Origin: Anaerohalosphaeraceae bacterium
GTDB lineage: Bacteria; Planctomycetota; Phycisphaerae; Sedimentisphaerales; Anaerohalosphaeraceae
Reading direction: 5' to 3'
Assembly (NCBI GenBank): GCA_963675525.2
Contig: CAXXSL010000005.1
Location: forward strand, 1 to 64,000
Length of the DNA stretch: 64,000 nucleotides
Below, piece after piece: positions 41,444 to 51,421 of this stretch. The notes under the pieces were generated by a model. The model did not search any database and was not told the DNA's origin. It saw only the letters and a list, made by a program, of their open reading frames with translations. How positions within the stretch are numbered: position 1 is the stretch's first letter; each line of letters starts with the position of its first letter. The position numbers and the translations under genes are program-made.

Positions 41444-41471
41444 GTTCCCCCCGGCATCAGCCGGGGGGAAC
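41444..41471 (+). terminator. Perfect 12-bp GC-rich hairpin (terminator or mRNA stabiliser)
   Basis: gttccccccggc-atca-gccggggggaac; no poly-U tract follows. Confidence 0.65.
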
Positions 41472-41628
41472 ATTATTACGCTTTATGACGGATTTAGTCG
41501 AAGGATGAGGTTGGAGTTGGGGGTTGGTTGTATCCCTACGGGGATGCTGTAATTATATATATATTTTATGAACGGCATGCATTTTCCACGAGTAATTAAT
41601 AATAGGAATACCATGCGGCCTTTTTAAG

Positions 41629-43980
41629 ATGAAAAAAGATCTGTCAAATTTAACATCATTGCTTAGCTTTTTGCTTCTGTGCTTTGTGTACCTTGCGGGC
41701 GCAGCATTGGCCGGGAATGCTCACATTGCCGATGTGAATACGGACAAAGCAATGTATACTCCCGGTGCAGGGACAACGATCTATGTCGATTTGACGAACA
41801 GTACTGCATCAGGCTTTAGCGGTTCTGTGGAAGTAAGGATTTCGCACTTGGGGGATATTTTAATGGACCTGACCCCGAAGCCGGTTTCTTTTTTGGGGCC
41901 GGGCCAGAGTACAACAAAAATTTTCTCGTGGACACCTCCGGTTGTAGACTTTCGCGGCTATTTGGTCGAGGTTACACTGAAAGACACTTCCGGTCAGACG
42001 ATCGACCGCGGTTCATCGGCGATCGATGTGTCCAGCGACTGGCGGCGATTCCCCCGATACGGGTATATTTCCAGATTCGATGCCGGACTGGATACCGGCC
42101 ATATCATGTGGCAGCTCAAGAATTACCATATCAACGGTCTTCAGTATTACGACGTCGGCTGGAAGCACCACATTCCGGCCCCGCCGATCGGTTGGAGTAC
42201 ATGGCCGGATATCGCCAATCGGACCAATTCCCGGGCTACGGTTACCGGTTTCACGAGTGCAGCACAAAGTTATAATATAAAGTCGTTGATTTACGATGAT
42301 TTTGGTTCCGCTTACGATGATTGCTATACGGACGGCAGCGGTGTCACTCTGTCAATGGGGCGATTCAAAGCCACTCCCGCTTCGGAGAGCAATCAGTACA
42401 CGTGGGGCATGCCCGGCGGCTGGGCCACATCTCAGCTCCGCCTGATGAACAACCGGGATACCGGATGGCAGAACTATATCTATGGCCGCATCCAGGATGC
42501 GAAGACGGATCTTGGATTCGATGGCTGGCATATGGACAGCCTGGTCACGAATTGGGAGGCGTATGATTACTGGGGCGGCACATTCGATGTGTACGAATAC
42601 AATCCCGAATTTATCAACAATGCTAGGGCCTATTGGGATGACAACACCCCGCTTGTTCAAAACCTGATTAACGGTAACGGGCTCGACTGGATGAAGTCGG
42701 CGGATGTTGATTTCGTCTATGCGGAACTCTGGGACAACTATCCCAACTACAGTGATTTTAAACAATTCTTTGATGAGTCGCGAAGCTATACCAGCAAGGC
42801 GGTCGTCTATGCGGCCTACATAAACTACGACAAGGCATCCGGTTATTTCAATGAACCGGGCGTTCGGCTGGCAAACGCGGCCATGTTCGCATGCGGTGCG
42901 TCGCATATCGAACTGGGCGACGGCGACCAGATGCTGAGTAACGAATACTTCCCGAATCAGGATCTGCAGATGACCGATTCGCTGCGCAGTGCAATTCGGA
43001 CATACTATGATTTTCTGGTCGGCTATGAGAACCTGTTGCGTGGCGACACAGTCAGTGCCGACGGGGCAGTCTCAGCTACGATCAGCGGAGTCTCTACGAG
43101 TACCGACAGCAGTGCAGGATTCGTTTGGATCATTTCGAAGAAACGACCCGGCTATAATATTATTCACTTGGTGAATCTGTTGAATAACACCAGCACCTCG
43201 TGGAAGGATGCCAATGGGACGTATTCGGCGCCGCCCACACAGACCAACCTGCCGGTGAAGATGTATTATACGGGAACGATCGCTGACGGCTGCCTTTTTT
43301 ATGCTACGCCGGACAGCGATTTTGGTACTGCGTCGGAACTGAGCTTTACCACCGGCAGCGACGGCGGCGGAAATTATATCAATTTCATCGTTCCTCGACT
43401 TGAGTACTGGGACATGATCTGGCTGGAAGTCAATGGAACCACGATCGCCAGTACGCAGATAGAGGCGGAAGACTATGACACCTATTCTGCCGTGGGGACC
43501 GAGACGTGTTACGATTCCGGCGGTGGTCTGAATATCGGGTTTGTGAATAATACCGATGGTGAAAGCTATGTAGGTTTTGGCAAAATAAATTTCGCGGCAG
43601 GAGCTGCAAGTGTTTCCGCTCGGGTGGCATCCACAAAGAGTGGCGCGACACTGGAGTTTCGTCTGGACAGTCCGACAGGGCCGCTGGTTTCCACAGTATC
43701 TGTTGGCAATACCGGCGGCTGGCAAAGCTGGCAGACCAGGAACGCTTCGGTTTCCGGCGCATCCGGAGTGCATGATGTTTACGTGGTGTTTAAGAGCGCC
43801 GAAAGCAATCTGAACTGGTTCACATTCACATTGTTGCCCCATTATGATGGTGATTTGACATTTGACGGAAAAGTGAATATGAAAGATATGGCCGAACTCG
43901 GCAGCGATTGGCAAACAGAATATGATTTTAATACGATCTTGGATATCGCCAACGATTGGCTGTCTGGTGTGGCGTTATAA
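41629..43980 (+). CDS. GH66 dextranase / cycloisomaltooligosaccharide glucanotransferase-like + CBM6-like + dockerin-like
   Basis: TDKAMYTPG, IDVSSDWRRFPRYGY, YHINGLQYYD, GFDGWHMDSL, GASHIELG, LSNEYFP; IEAEDYD..TGGWQSW..NLNWF module. Confidence 0.9.
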   Translation: MKKDLSNLTSLLSFLLLCFVYLAGAALAGNAHIADVNTDKAMYTPGAGTTIYVDLTNSTASGFSGSVEVRISHLGDILMDLTPKPVSFLGPGQSTTKIFSWTPPVVDFRGYLVEVTLKDTSGQTIDRGSSAIDVSSDWRRFPRYGYISRFDAGLDTGHIMWQLKNYHINGLQYYDVGWKHHIPAPPIGWSTWPDIANRTNSRATVTGFTSAAQSYNIKSLIYDDFGSAYDDCYTDGSGVTLSMGRFKATPASESNQYTWGMPGGWATSQLRLMNNRDTGWQNYIYGRIQDAKTDLGFDGWHMDSLVTNWEAYDYWGGTFDVYEYNPEFINNARAYWDDNTPLVQNLINGNGLDWMKSADVDFVYAELWDNYPNYSDFKQFFDESRSYTSKAVVYAAYINYDKASGYFNEPGVRLANAAMFACGASHIELGDGDQMLSNEYFPNQDLQMTDSLRSAIRTYYDFLVGYENLLRGDTVSADGAVSATISGVSTSTDSSAGFVWIISKKRPGYNIIHLVNLLNNTSTSWKDANGTYSAPPTQTNLPVKMYYTGTIADGCLFYATPDSDFGTASELSFTTGSDGGGNYINFIVPRLEYWDMIWLEVNGTTIASTQIEAEDYDTYSAVGTETCYDSGGGLNIGFVNNTDGESYVGFGKINFAAGAASVSARVASTKSGATLEFRLDSPTGPLVSTVSVGNTGGWQSWQTRNASVSGASGVHDVYVVFKSAESNLNWFTFTLLPHYDGDLTFDGKVNMKDMAELGSDWQTEYDFNTILDIANDWLSGVAL

Positions 43981-44030
43981 CGAATTGAAACGAGTTCTTG
44001 TAACCAAAAATATTAGTTGGGAAAGTTGAC

Positions 44031-46070
44031 ATGATGAAGCGATTACGAAATCTTAATTTATGTGTTCTGGTGATATGCGTATTGTCGGGGATGGTGTATG
44101 GGGATGCTGTTCCTTCAACCCATCCCGGCGTCGTCGGGGCGATCCCGTATGCAGGGGGTACGACTTTTCGTGTCTGGGCTCCGAATGCAACGTATGTGAA
44201 TGTTATGGGCGATTTTAACGGGTGGAGTGGGACCTCTAAACCTTTGGGGAGCGAAGCAGATGGTTGGTGGTCGCGAGATGTAACCGGAGCTTTGGTCGGT
44301 CACGAGTATCGTTTCAAAATCAATGGAACACTATCGAAAATAGACCCACGTGCTCAGGATGTTACGAATTCAACAGGTAATGGAATTATTGTTGATAATA
44401 GTTATAGCTGGACACCATTTACACCACCGGCCTGGAATGAGATGGTTATCTATGAAATGCATATCGGTACGTACAATGATACGGCCGGCGGCAATCCCGG
44501 TACTTGGGCATTGGCAACATCCAAGTTGGATCATCTTCAGGATCTGGGTGTCAATGTGGTTGAGGTCATGCCGGTTTCGGAATTTGCGGGTGACTTTTCA
44601 CTAGGATATAATCCAGCGAATTTATTTGCACCGGAAAGTGCCTACGGCGACCCGAGTCAAATGCGTGATTTTGTCGAACAATGTCATCAGCGCGGAATTG
44701 CCGTGTTGATCGACGTGGTTTACAATCACCTTGGAGGTGGTGATTTGGATCATTCTGTCTGGCAGTTTGATGGATTCAGCACCTATCCTGATACAGGGGG
44801 AATTTATTTCTTTGAGGACGAAAACAGTTCAACTCCCTGGGGAGACCGTCCGAACTACACCACAGAACAAGTGCGTTCATACATTCGTGATAATGCGAAG
44901 TACTGGCTGAATGATTTTAATTGCGATGGTTTGAGAATAGATGGTACGGCCTATGTCCGCGAACGAGATGATGGCGGGAGTGTTCCCTGGGGTTGGGGTT
45001 TATTGCAATTGATCAATGATGATATTGACGCCGCCTATGCTGAAAAGATCTCTATTGCCGAAGACATGCGGGGTTATGACAGAATCACAAAGCCGACTAG
45101 TGTGGACGATGGGGCCGGTTTTGATTCCCAGTGGGATGCATGGTTCCACCATTCGCTTGTATATGCATTGGAAACATCAGATGATAATAACCGGAATATG
45201 TATGAAATGGCTAATATCATTAACCATAAATATAATGGTGTTGATACCCAGCGAGTAATATACACCGAAAGTCACGATGAAGTGGGTGCGTCCAGTGGAA
45301 AGTCCCGTGTGCCTTCACGCATCTGGTGGGACAATCCGACCAGCTACTATTCCAAAAAACGTTCTACACTGGGAGCCGGTATCGTCTTTACCAGTCCCGG
45401 GATTCCGATGATCTTTATGGGCCAGGAGTTTCTTGAAATAGGCTCTTGGCACGATGATGATCCGCTGGATTGGACCAATGATACAACCTATGCAGGCATC
45501 AAACTGATGTATCAGCATATGATCAGCCTGCGGCGTAATTTATCGAACAATACCCTTGGCCTGATGGCCGGAAATGTGAATACATACCATATCAACGACA
45601 CCGCTAAAGTGATCGCCTACCATCGTTGGTGGAATGGCGGCCCCGGGGACGATGTGATTGTAGTGGCTAACTTTAGCTATCAGGGAATTACCAATTATAA
45701 TATCGGCATGCCGCGGGGTGGTCGATGGCGCGTACGTCTCAACAGTGACTGGATCGGATACGATTCGGAATTTCTGAATTGGGACTCTTTGGATACGAAT
45801 GCCGTTTTGGGTACTAAGGACGGCTTGGGTTACAATGCCAATGTTTCGGTTGCTCCCTATTCGTTTATCATCCTCTCGCAGGGAACCGGCCCCAATCTTG
45901 ACGGAATCGGAAAGGTGGACATGAAGGACTTTGCACTGTTTGCCGCGCAATGGCAGAATCCGTGTAATGATTGGGATTCATGTCAGGGAGCCGATTTTAA
46001 CATGAGCGGGCTGGTGGATATGACGGATCTGTATACGTTTGTATCACGCTGGCTCGACGACACACCATAG
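44031..46070 (+). CDS. Secreted GH13 enzyme of branching-enzyme/trehalohydrolase type (CBM48 + GH13) + dockerin-like
   Basis: TTFRVWAPNA, IYEMHIG, EVMPVSEF, GYNP, DVVYNH, DGLRIDG, IAED, YTESHDEV, PGIPMIFMGQEF; signal peptide. Confidence 0.88.
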   Translation: MMKRLRNLNLCVLVICVLSGMVYGDAVPSTHPGVVGAIPYAGGTTFRVWAPNATYVNVMGDFNGWSGTSKPLGSEADGWWSRDVTGALVGHEYRFKINGTLSKIDPRAQDVTNSTGNGIIVDNSYSWTPFTPPAWNEMVIYEMHIGTYNDTAGGNPGTWALATSKLDHLQDLGVNVVEVMPVSEFAGDFSLGYNPANLFAPESAYGDPSQMRDFVEQCHQRGIAVLIDVVYNHLGGGDLDHSVWQFDGFSTYPDTGGIYFFEDENSSTPWGDRPNYTTEQVRSYIRDNAKYWLNDFNCDGLRIDGTAYVRERDDGGSVPWGWGLLQLINDDIDAAYAEKISIAEDMRGYDRITKPTSVDDGAGFDSQWDAWFHHSLVYALETSDDNNRNMYEMANIINHKYNGVDTQRVIYTESHDEVGASSGKSRVPSRIWWDNPTSYYSKKRSTLGAGIVFTSPGIPMIFMGQEFLEIGSWHDDDPLDWTNDTTYAGIKLMYQHMISLRRNLSNNTLGLMAGNVNTYHINDTAKVIAYHRWWNGGPGDDVIVVANFSYQGITNYNIGMPRGGRWRVRLNSDWIGYDSEFLNWDSLDTNAVLGTKDGLGYNANVSVAPYSFIILSQGTGPNLDGIGKVDMKDFALFAAQWQNPCNDWDSCQGADFNMSGLVDMTDLYTFVSRWLDDTP

Positions 46071-46087
46071 ACAGACAATTGATTAAA

Positions 46088-48823
46088 ATGAAAACACAGA
46101 AGGATTCTAGTGGTCGGAAAAAACATATGGTTTTTAAGCCTTTAAATGGAGTTTGTCTGTTACTGAAACCGTTCAGGCTTTTTTTCTTTTGTTTTTTTAT
46201 CTGCTCATCGTTTGCCTTTTCACAAGTTTACACGACGTATCATTGGCACCTGCAGCAACCGATCTATTGGCCCGAAACGAGCAACTGGGATAATCAGACA
46301 TATCAAAAAGCGTACGAAAGCATGGTCAGCGGCGGTGCGCATCCGCAGAATAATTTGGGTGAGATTTTCGGAAAGGACGATCGTGTTGCGGCGTATCAAT
46401 TCCGGATTCGTGATGCCATCGGGACCATCCAGCAAACGAATGGGGGCGCACAAATTTCGTATTCGGGCTGTCTGGTTGAAAACGTGGAAAGTTTAGCTAA
46501 TGCCGGTTCGCTGGGCTATTATGCTGACTGGGAGAATGCAAATCGCCAAGCGCGAAACTGGTTGACATCAGGGGGGCATCGTAAATTAGATATCGTGATT
46601 TTTCCCTACCATCATGCCTTAGGCCCCTTGATTGATGCCGAATCACTGCGTAAGGAAATTCAAATTTACAAAGAACTCTATCCGGATATTTGGGGGAGCG
46701 GTCTTTCGCTCGGCTATTTTCCGGCGGAACTTTCGTTTTCTGAACGGATGATCCAGGTGCTTGTTGAAGAGGGAATTGAGTGGGTGTTCGTGCCGAACAA
46801 TCATCTTTCCAGGGCGTGCGAAAATTTCCCCCTGACATTGGGAACGGGCGGCGAAATGTGCGATCCACCCAATCCGGCGGATATTCAAAATCCCCCACAA
46901 GCCAACTGGTTTTCAAAAACCATTGACCGCGGCTGCACACCGAAAAATGCTTATCCGTTTGCATATCAACCGCACAAAGCAAAATATGTCAATCCCGAAA
47001 CCGGCATCGAATACAAAATTACCATCGTGCCGGTGGCCCAGGCGATGAGTTGGTCCGACGGCTACCAGCAATACGGCACTTCGGATATCGATCAAATAGC
47101 ATGGGCGTCGAATGCGGCCGATCCGATGCTGATTGTGCTGGCTCACGATGGGGATAACGCCTATGGCGGGGGGTATTCCTATTATATGGAAAGTGTTCAT
47201 CAGTTTTGCAATGCGGCCGCCGCAGCGGGTTATTTGCCGACGGTTGTCCAGCAATACCTTGCAGAGCATCCGGTTTCAGAGTCTGATGTCATTCACGTAG
47301 AAGATGGTTCGTGGGTGAATGCGGACGGGGATTTTGGGTCGCCTGATTTTATCAATTGGAACTGGCCGCTGTTTAATCAAGGCGGACAATTCGATATTGC
47401 CAATGGCTGGGCAGAAGACGAACGAAACTGGGCCGTCATCACAGCGGCGCAAAACCGGGTCCAAACGGCCGAGCAGATTGCCGAGGGTGTAAATATCGCT
47501 CAAGTTCAGAACCCGAACGGTTCGGCCTCTGACGCTGAATTAGCGTGGCATTTTTTCCTGCCGTCGCTGACCAGCGGATATATGTATTACGGCACAGCGC
47601 TGGATATGGAGGTCAAACCGACGATTGCGTGCAACAATGCGATTGAAAAGGCGAATCTGGTGATCGGAGACGGTTCGCTGGACCAGACGCCGCCAACGAT
47701 CTGGATTCCGCAGCAACTGCCGCACAATCCGGGCGGTACAGGTTTTGGATCGCTCTGGAGTTATCAGCCGGTTGACCATTCGCGTGATTTCTGGGTGTGG
47801 ACGTTCGTTTCGGATGTTTCCGGTGTGGCGAACGTAACCTTCAACTACCGCATTGATAACGACGGGGCCAATCCGCTCTCATCAAATCAAAATGAAACGT
47901 ATGCGGGTGGAAGTGAGGTCGGTCAATGGGTGAGCCTGCCGATGCAGATTCGCGCTTTTCCGGCCGGGAATGTCTATAACAACCCGGACATCGATTTTTT
48001 CGAGATGCCGACAGAAATTGCAGATCAATATTATATTCATGTCCAGGAACCGGCGATCGTTGATACCGGCGATGTGCTGGTCGATTATTATGTAGAAGCC
48101 ACTGACAATAAGGGATATGTCAAACGATCGCCGATTTTACACACGTTTGTCGGAACAGGCGATGGAAACGGCACAGGCCAAAACGGCGATTTTGTAATGG
48201 ATGGTTCGCTGGATGATGGTGCCCAATTCATCGGCACTGAAAATGGTGTAAGTTTTTACGCCGATTGGAATGCTGAGCAATTGTATGTGGCATGTGAACC
48301 GGGAGTCAGCGAGGACCATTTTATTTTTATTTCAGACGGCAGTTCAGTGATGATTCCGTCGCCGTGGGCAAAAGCAGGACAGGTTGCCCAGTGGCAGGCT
48401 TATCTCGCCAATGAATCGACAAACGGCTGGAGCGGCTGGTTTGATGGTGGCAGTTCACAGGCATGTGGAACTGTTTTAGAAGGTCTGCTCGATTGGAATG
48501 CAGAATTTGGAGCGATGCCGGAGTCGATTTTTCTTGCTGTAGGCGCTTACCAGACACAGGATGGAGGCAGTCTGCAATTTCAGGTTCCTTCCGGCAATGG
48601 CGATGGAAGTGTTGACATTTCAGAGTTTTATCAGTTGACTTTACGTGGTGATCTGAATTTCGATGGGAGAATCGACATTGTGGATTTCGCGGCTTTCTCG
48701 ATGCAATGGATGAAAACAAGTTGCAGCGAAGCCAACCACTGGTGCAGCGGTGCAGACTTGAATCATATCAATAACGTGGACATTGAAGATCTCGCCGCCT
48801 TTGCTTTTTATTGGTTGAAATAG
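46088..48823 (+). CDS. GH57/GH119-like alpha-glucan hydrolase + dockerin-like
   Basis: HWHLQQPIYW (HxHQP-like), YFPAELSFS (nucleophile Glu region), AHDGDN (acid/base Asp region); tail GDLNFDGRIDIVDFAAFSMQWM. Start codon uncertain. Confidence 0.7.
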   Translation: MKTQKDSSGRKKHMVFKPLNGVCLLLKPFRLFFFCFFICSSFAFSQVYTTYHWHLQQPIYWPETSNWDNQTYQKAYESMVSGGAHPQNNLGEIFGKDDRVAAYQFRIRDAIGTIQQTNGGAQISYSGCLVENVESLANAGSLGYYADWENANRQARNWLTSGGHRKLDIVIFPYHHALGPLIDAESLRKEIQIYKELYPDIWGSGLSLGYFPAELSFSERMIQVLVEEGIEWVFVPNNHLSRACENFPLTLGTGGEMCDPPNPADIQNPPQANWFSKTIDRGCTPKNAYPFAYQPHKAKYVNPETGIEYKITIVPVAQAMSWSDGYQQYGTSDIDQIAWASNAADPMLIVLAHDGDNAYGGGYSYYMESVHQFCNAAAAAGYLPTVVQQYLAEHPVSESDVIHVEDGSWVNADGDFGSPDFINWNWPLFNQGGQFDIANGWAEDERNWAVITAAQNRVQTAEQIAEGVNIAQVQNPNGSASDAELAWHFFLPSLTSGYMYYGTALDMEVKPTIACNNAIEKANLVIGDGSLDQTPPTIWIPQQLPHNPGGTGFGSLWSYQPVDHSRDFWVWTFVSDVSGVANVTFNYRIDNDGANPLSSNQNETYAGGSEVGQWVSLPMQIRAFPAGNVYNNPDIDFFEMPTEIADQYYIHVQEPAIVDTGDVLVDYYVEATDNKGYVKRSPILHTFVGTGDGNGTGQNGDFVMDGSLDDGAQFIGTENGVSFYADWNAEQLYVACEPGVSEDHFIFISDGSSVMIPSPWAKAGQVAQWQAYLANESTNGWSGWFDGGSSQACGTVLEGLLDWNAEFGAMPESIFLAVGAYQTQDGGSLQFQVPSGNGDGSVDISEFYQLTLRGDLNFDGRIDIVDFAAFSMQWMKTSCSEANHWCSGADLNHINNVDIEDLAAFAFYWLK

Positions 48824-48895
48824 GAAAGGTACGACCGTACGAGGTATTTGTAAAATAATAATGAATAATGGAACAATAAATTACCAGGGAGATTC

Positions 48896-51208
48896 ATGAA
48901 AAATCATTACTGTTCGATATTTGTTTTTTGGACAATTGTCTGTCTTGCCCAGTTTTGCACGTTGGTTTATGGAGCGAGCCATGATAATCAGATTTCGCGT
49001 GGGCAGGTGCTGCATGACAGCCGGGATGAGTTTTACCGAAGCCCCGGCTGGGCAACGACCGGCCCGTATCGAACAGGAGCGGTTCCTTCCGGCACCCCGG
49101 TTCGGTTGCGGATTCGGACAGCCAAAAATGACCTGACCGCCTGCAGCATCCGCGGCTGGGACAATGATGCTATGGCGGAGTTTCTGATTCCCATGAGCAT
49201 CACCAGTTCCGACAGTACGTATGATTATTGGGAGGGACAGGTAACGTTTTCCAAAGCGGTCGATACCTATTATGCCTTCCGGTTAACCGATGGCAGCGAA
49301 CAAGACTGGTATCAGGATGACACCCTGCAGGATGGGGGAATCGGAGTAGCCACCGATACGCATCAATATACACAGGATTACAGCATTATCTGGTACCCCA
49401 ATGACTTTACGGCGCCCGCATGGCATACCCGTGCGGTGATTTATCAGATCATGACGGATGGTTTTTATAATGGGGATACCGCTAACGATCCGGCCGGCAA
49501 CGGTTACAGCGGCGATGTTTACTGGTGGGAGTGGGATTGGTCTGGGTCGAACGGGTCCAATCCCGGAAACGGCCGAAGCTGGATATACAAAAGGCCTTGG
49601 GGCCAGCCTCGATCCGGCGGAGGTGATTTTTACGGCGGCGACTTTCAGGGAGTTCGAGCCAAGACCCCTTATCTGGCGGATCTGGGGATCACGGCGATTT
49701 ATTTTAATCCCTGGATGGAAAGTCCGGACAATCACGGCTATACGGTCAATGACTATAAGTCGGTTCATCCCTATTACGGTGTTGTGGATCACCGCGATTG
49801 GTTTGATGCCGGCACCAACGTCGTTGTTAATGATACGACCGCCTCATTGGCCGTCTTTGATGCCATGCGAACAGATTTAGAGGCTGGCGGAATCCGGGTG
49901 ATCTCGGATATGGTCTTAAATCATTGCAGCGCGCAATCTCGCTTTTTCCAGCGTTTCGAGCATATATCCCCGAATTGGAATATCTATGACCCCTGGCCGG
50001 GCGAGGATGGAGCGTATGAGTCTCAAGGCTCCCTCTGGTCGGACTGGTTTAGTTTTTCTACGTGGAATCATGTCTATGCAAGCTGGTGGGGCTACAACAA
50101 TATGCCGCAGATCCAGTATGTCGGCAACACGGCCCTGCAGGATCTGATCACCGGGCCGGATTCGGTTTTTGATTTCTGGGATTCCCATGGCGTGCAGGGT
50201 TATCGATTGGATGTCAATATGGACTATGCCGACGGCAACAATTCGCGTACTGTCAACCGGGCGATCCGAAACAAAGTCAAAGCATTAGACAGCGACGCCG
50301 TCGTTATTGCCGAAGTCTGGGGACGCGCGAATCCGTGGCTGATCGGTGATATGTGTGACGGAACCATGAATTATCGCTTTCGTACCGCCGTGTTTGACTG
50401 GATCAACAACACGTCTTCAACAGAGCTTTTAAATAATCGACTTCTGGTCATCCAGGAGGACTATCCGGTTGCGGCACAGTATGCCTCCTGGGCGTTGCTG
50501 GGCAGTCATGATACCGAACGTGTTCGAACGGCGCTGGGTTCGTCGGCCAAACAGAAATTGGCCGCGATCTTCCAGTTTTCGCACATTGGCCCGCCTGTGA
50601 TCTGGGCGGGCGATGAACTGGGAATGACCGGCGGCGCGGATCCGGACAACCGCCGTTCCATGGAGTGGAGTTTGGCAACAGAGAGTAATGATATATTGGC
50701 ATTGTACAAAAAACTGGCTTTTTCCCGCACAACCTATACTCCGTTAACCGAAGGGTGGGTCATTTCGCTGCTGGTCGGAAATGATGTCTACGCATTCGGC
50801 CGAGAAGTTTCCGGCGATAATTTTGTTTCCGATGCAGTGGTCGTATTAAACAGAGCCGCCTCCAGTGCAGCGGTGACCGTGGACATCAGTCCGCTGCCGG
50901 GGTTGGTTGCCGGAGAAAAACTGAACGATGCCCTGACGGGCAATACCTACACGGTCAGCCCGGACCTTACAATTGCACTGACAGTTTCGCCGCTAAACGG
51001 GATTATTCTGGTCAACTCCCTTGCGGATCTGGACAGCGACGGAAATGTGGACAACCGTGACTTTGCTGCGTTAGCAGCCCAGTGGGGGCACGACCATTGC
51101 GCAGGGCCTGATTGGTGTGATGGATGTGATTTGAATAAAGACGAAGTCGTAAATATTCAGGATTTGGCCCAATGGATACAGATGTGGCTCCTGAACGGAA
51201 ATCTATAG
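48896..51208 (+). CDS. Secreted GH13 neopullulanase/amylopullulanase-like enzyme + dockerin-like
   Basis: N-domain VRLRIRTAKND, VIYQIMTDGFYNGD, FYGGDFQG, NHGY, DMVLNH, GYRLDV, AEVW, LGSHDT, GDELG..DPDNRR. Confidence 0.9.
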   Translation: MKNHYCSIFVFWTIVCLAQFCTLVYGASHDNQISRGQVLHDSRDEFYRSPGWATTGPYRTGAVPSGTPVRLRIRTAKNDLTACSIRGWDNDAMAEFLIPMSITSSDSTYDYWEGQVTFSKAVDTYYAFRLTDGSEQDWYQDDTLQDGGIGVATDTHQYTQDYSIIWYPNDFTAPAWHTRAVIYQIMTDGFYNGDTANDPAGNGYSGDVYWWEWDWSGSNGSNPGNGRSWIYKRPWGQPRSGGGDFYGGDFQGVRAKTPYLADLGITAIYFNPWMESPDNHGYTVNDYKSVHPYYGVVDHRDWFDAGTNVVVNDTTASLAVFDAMRTDLEAGGIRVISDMVLNHCSAQSRFFQRFEHISPNWNIYDPWPGEDGAYESQGSLWSDWFSFSTWNHVYASWWGYNNMPQIQYVGNTALQDLITGPDSVFDFWDSHGVQGYRLDVNMDYADGNNSRTVNRAIRNKVKALDSDAVVIAEVWGRANPWLIGDMCDGTMNYRFRTAVFDWINNTSSTELLNNRLLVIQEDYPVAAQYASWALLGSHDTERVRTALGSSAKQKLAAIFQFSHIGPPVIWAGDELGMTGGADPDNRRSMEWSLATESNDILALYKKLAFSRTTYTPLTEGWVISLLVGNDVYAFGREVSGDNFVSDAVVVLNRAASSAAVTVDISPLPGLVAGEKLNDALTGNTYTVSPDLTIALTVSPLNGIILVNSLADLDSDGNVDNRDFAALAAQWGHDHCAGPDWCDGCDLNKDEVVNIQDLAQWIQMWLLNGNL

Positions 51209-51421
51209 GAAAAAGATGAAAAAATGAAATTGGCGATACAATTATGACAGACAGCGGATTTTTGACTTTACAAATCCGTCCAGGGTATTAAACCATGATC
51301 CACGAAACAAAGTAGACTTCTATGATTGCGTTGCTTTTGCCTAAGAGTGGAAAACCAATAATAACCTGGGCACAAAATGAAGAAAACCACGAGAATTAAT
51401 TAATATTCAGGGAAGAAGCCT

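Noticed and set aside
12603..51208. Classical cellulosome
   Set aside because: No cohesin or scaffoldin in the window, and the dockerin-like motif deviates from clostridial dockerins.
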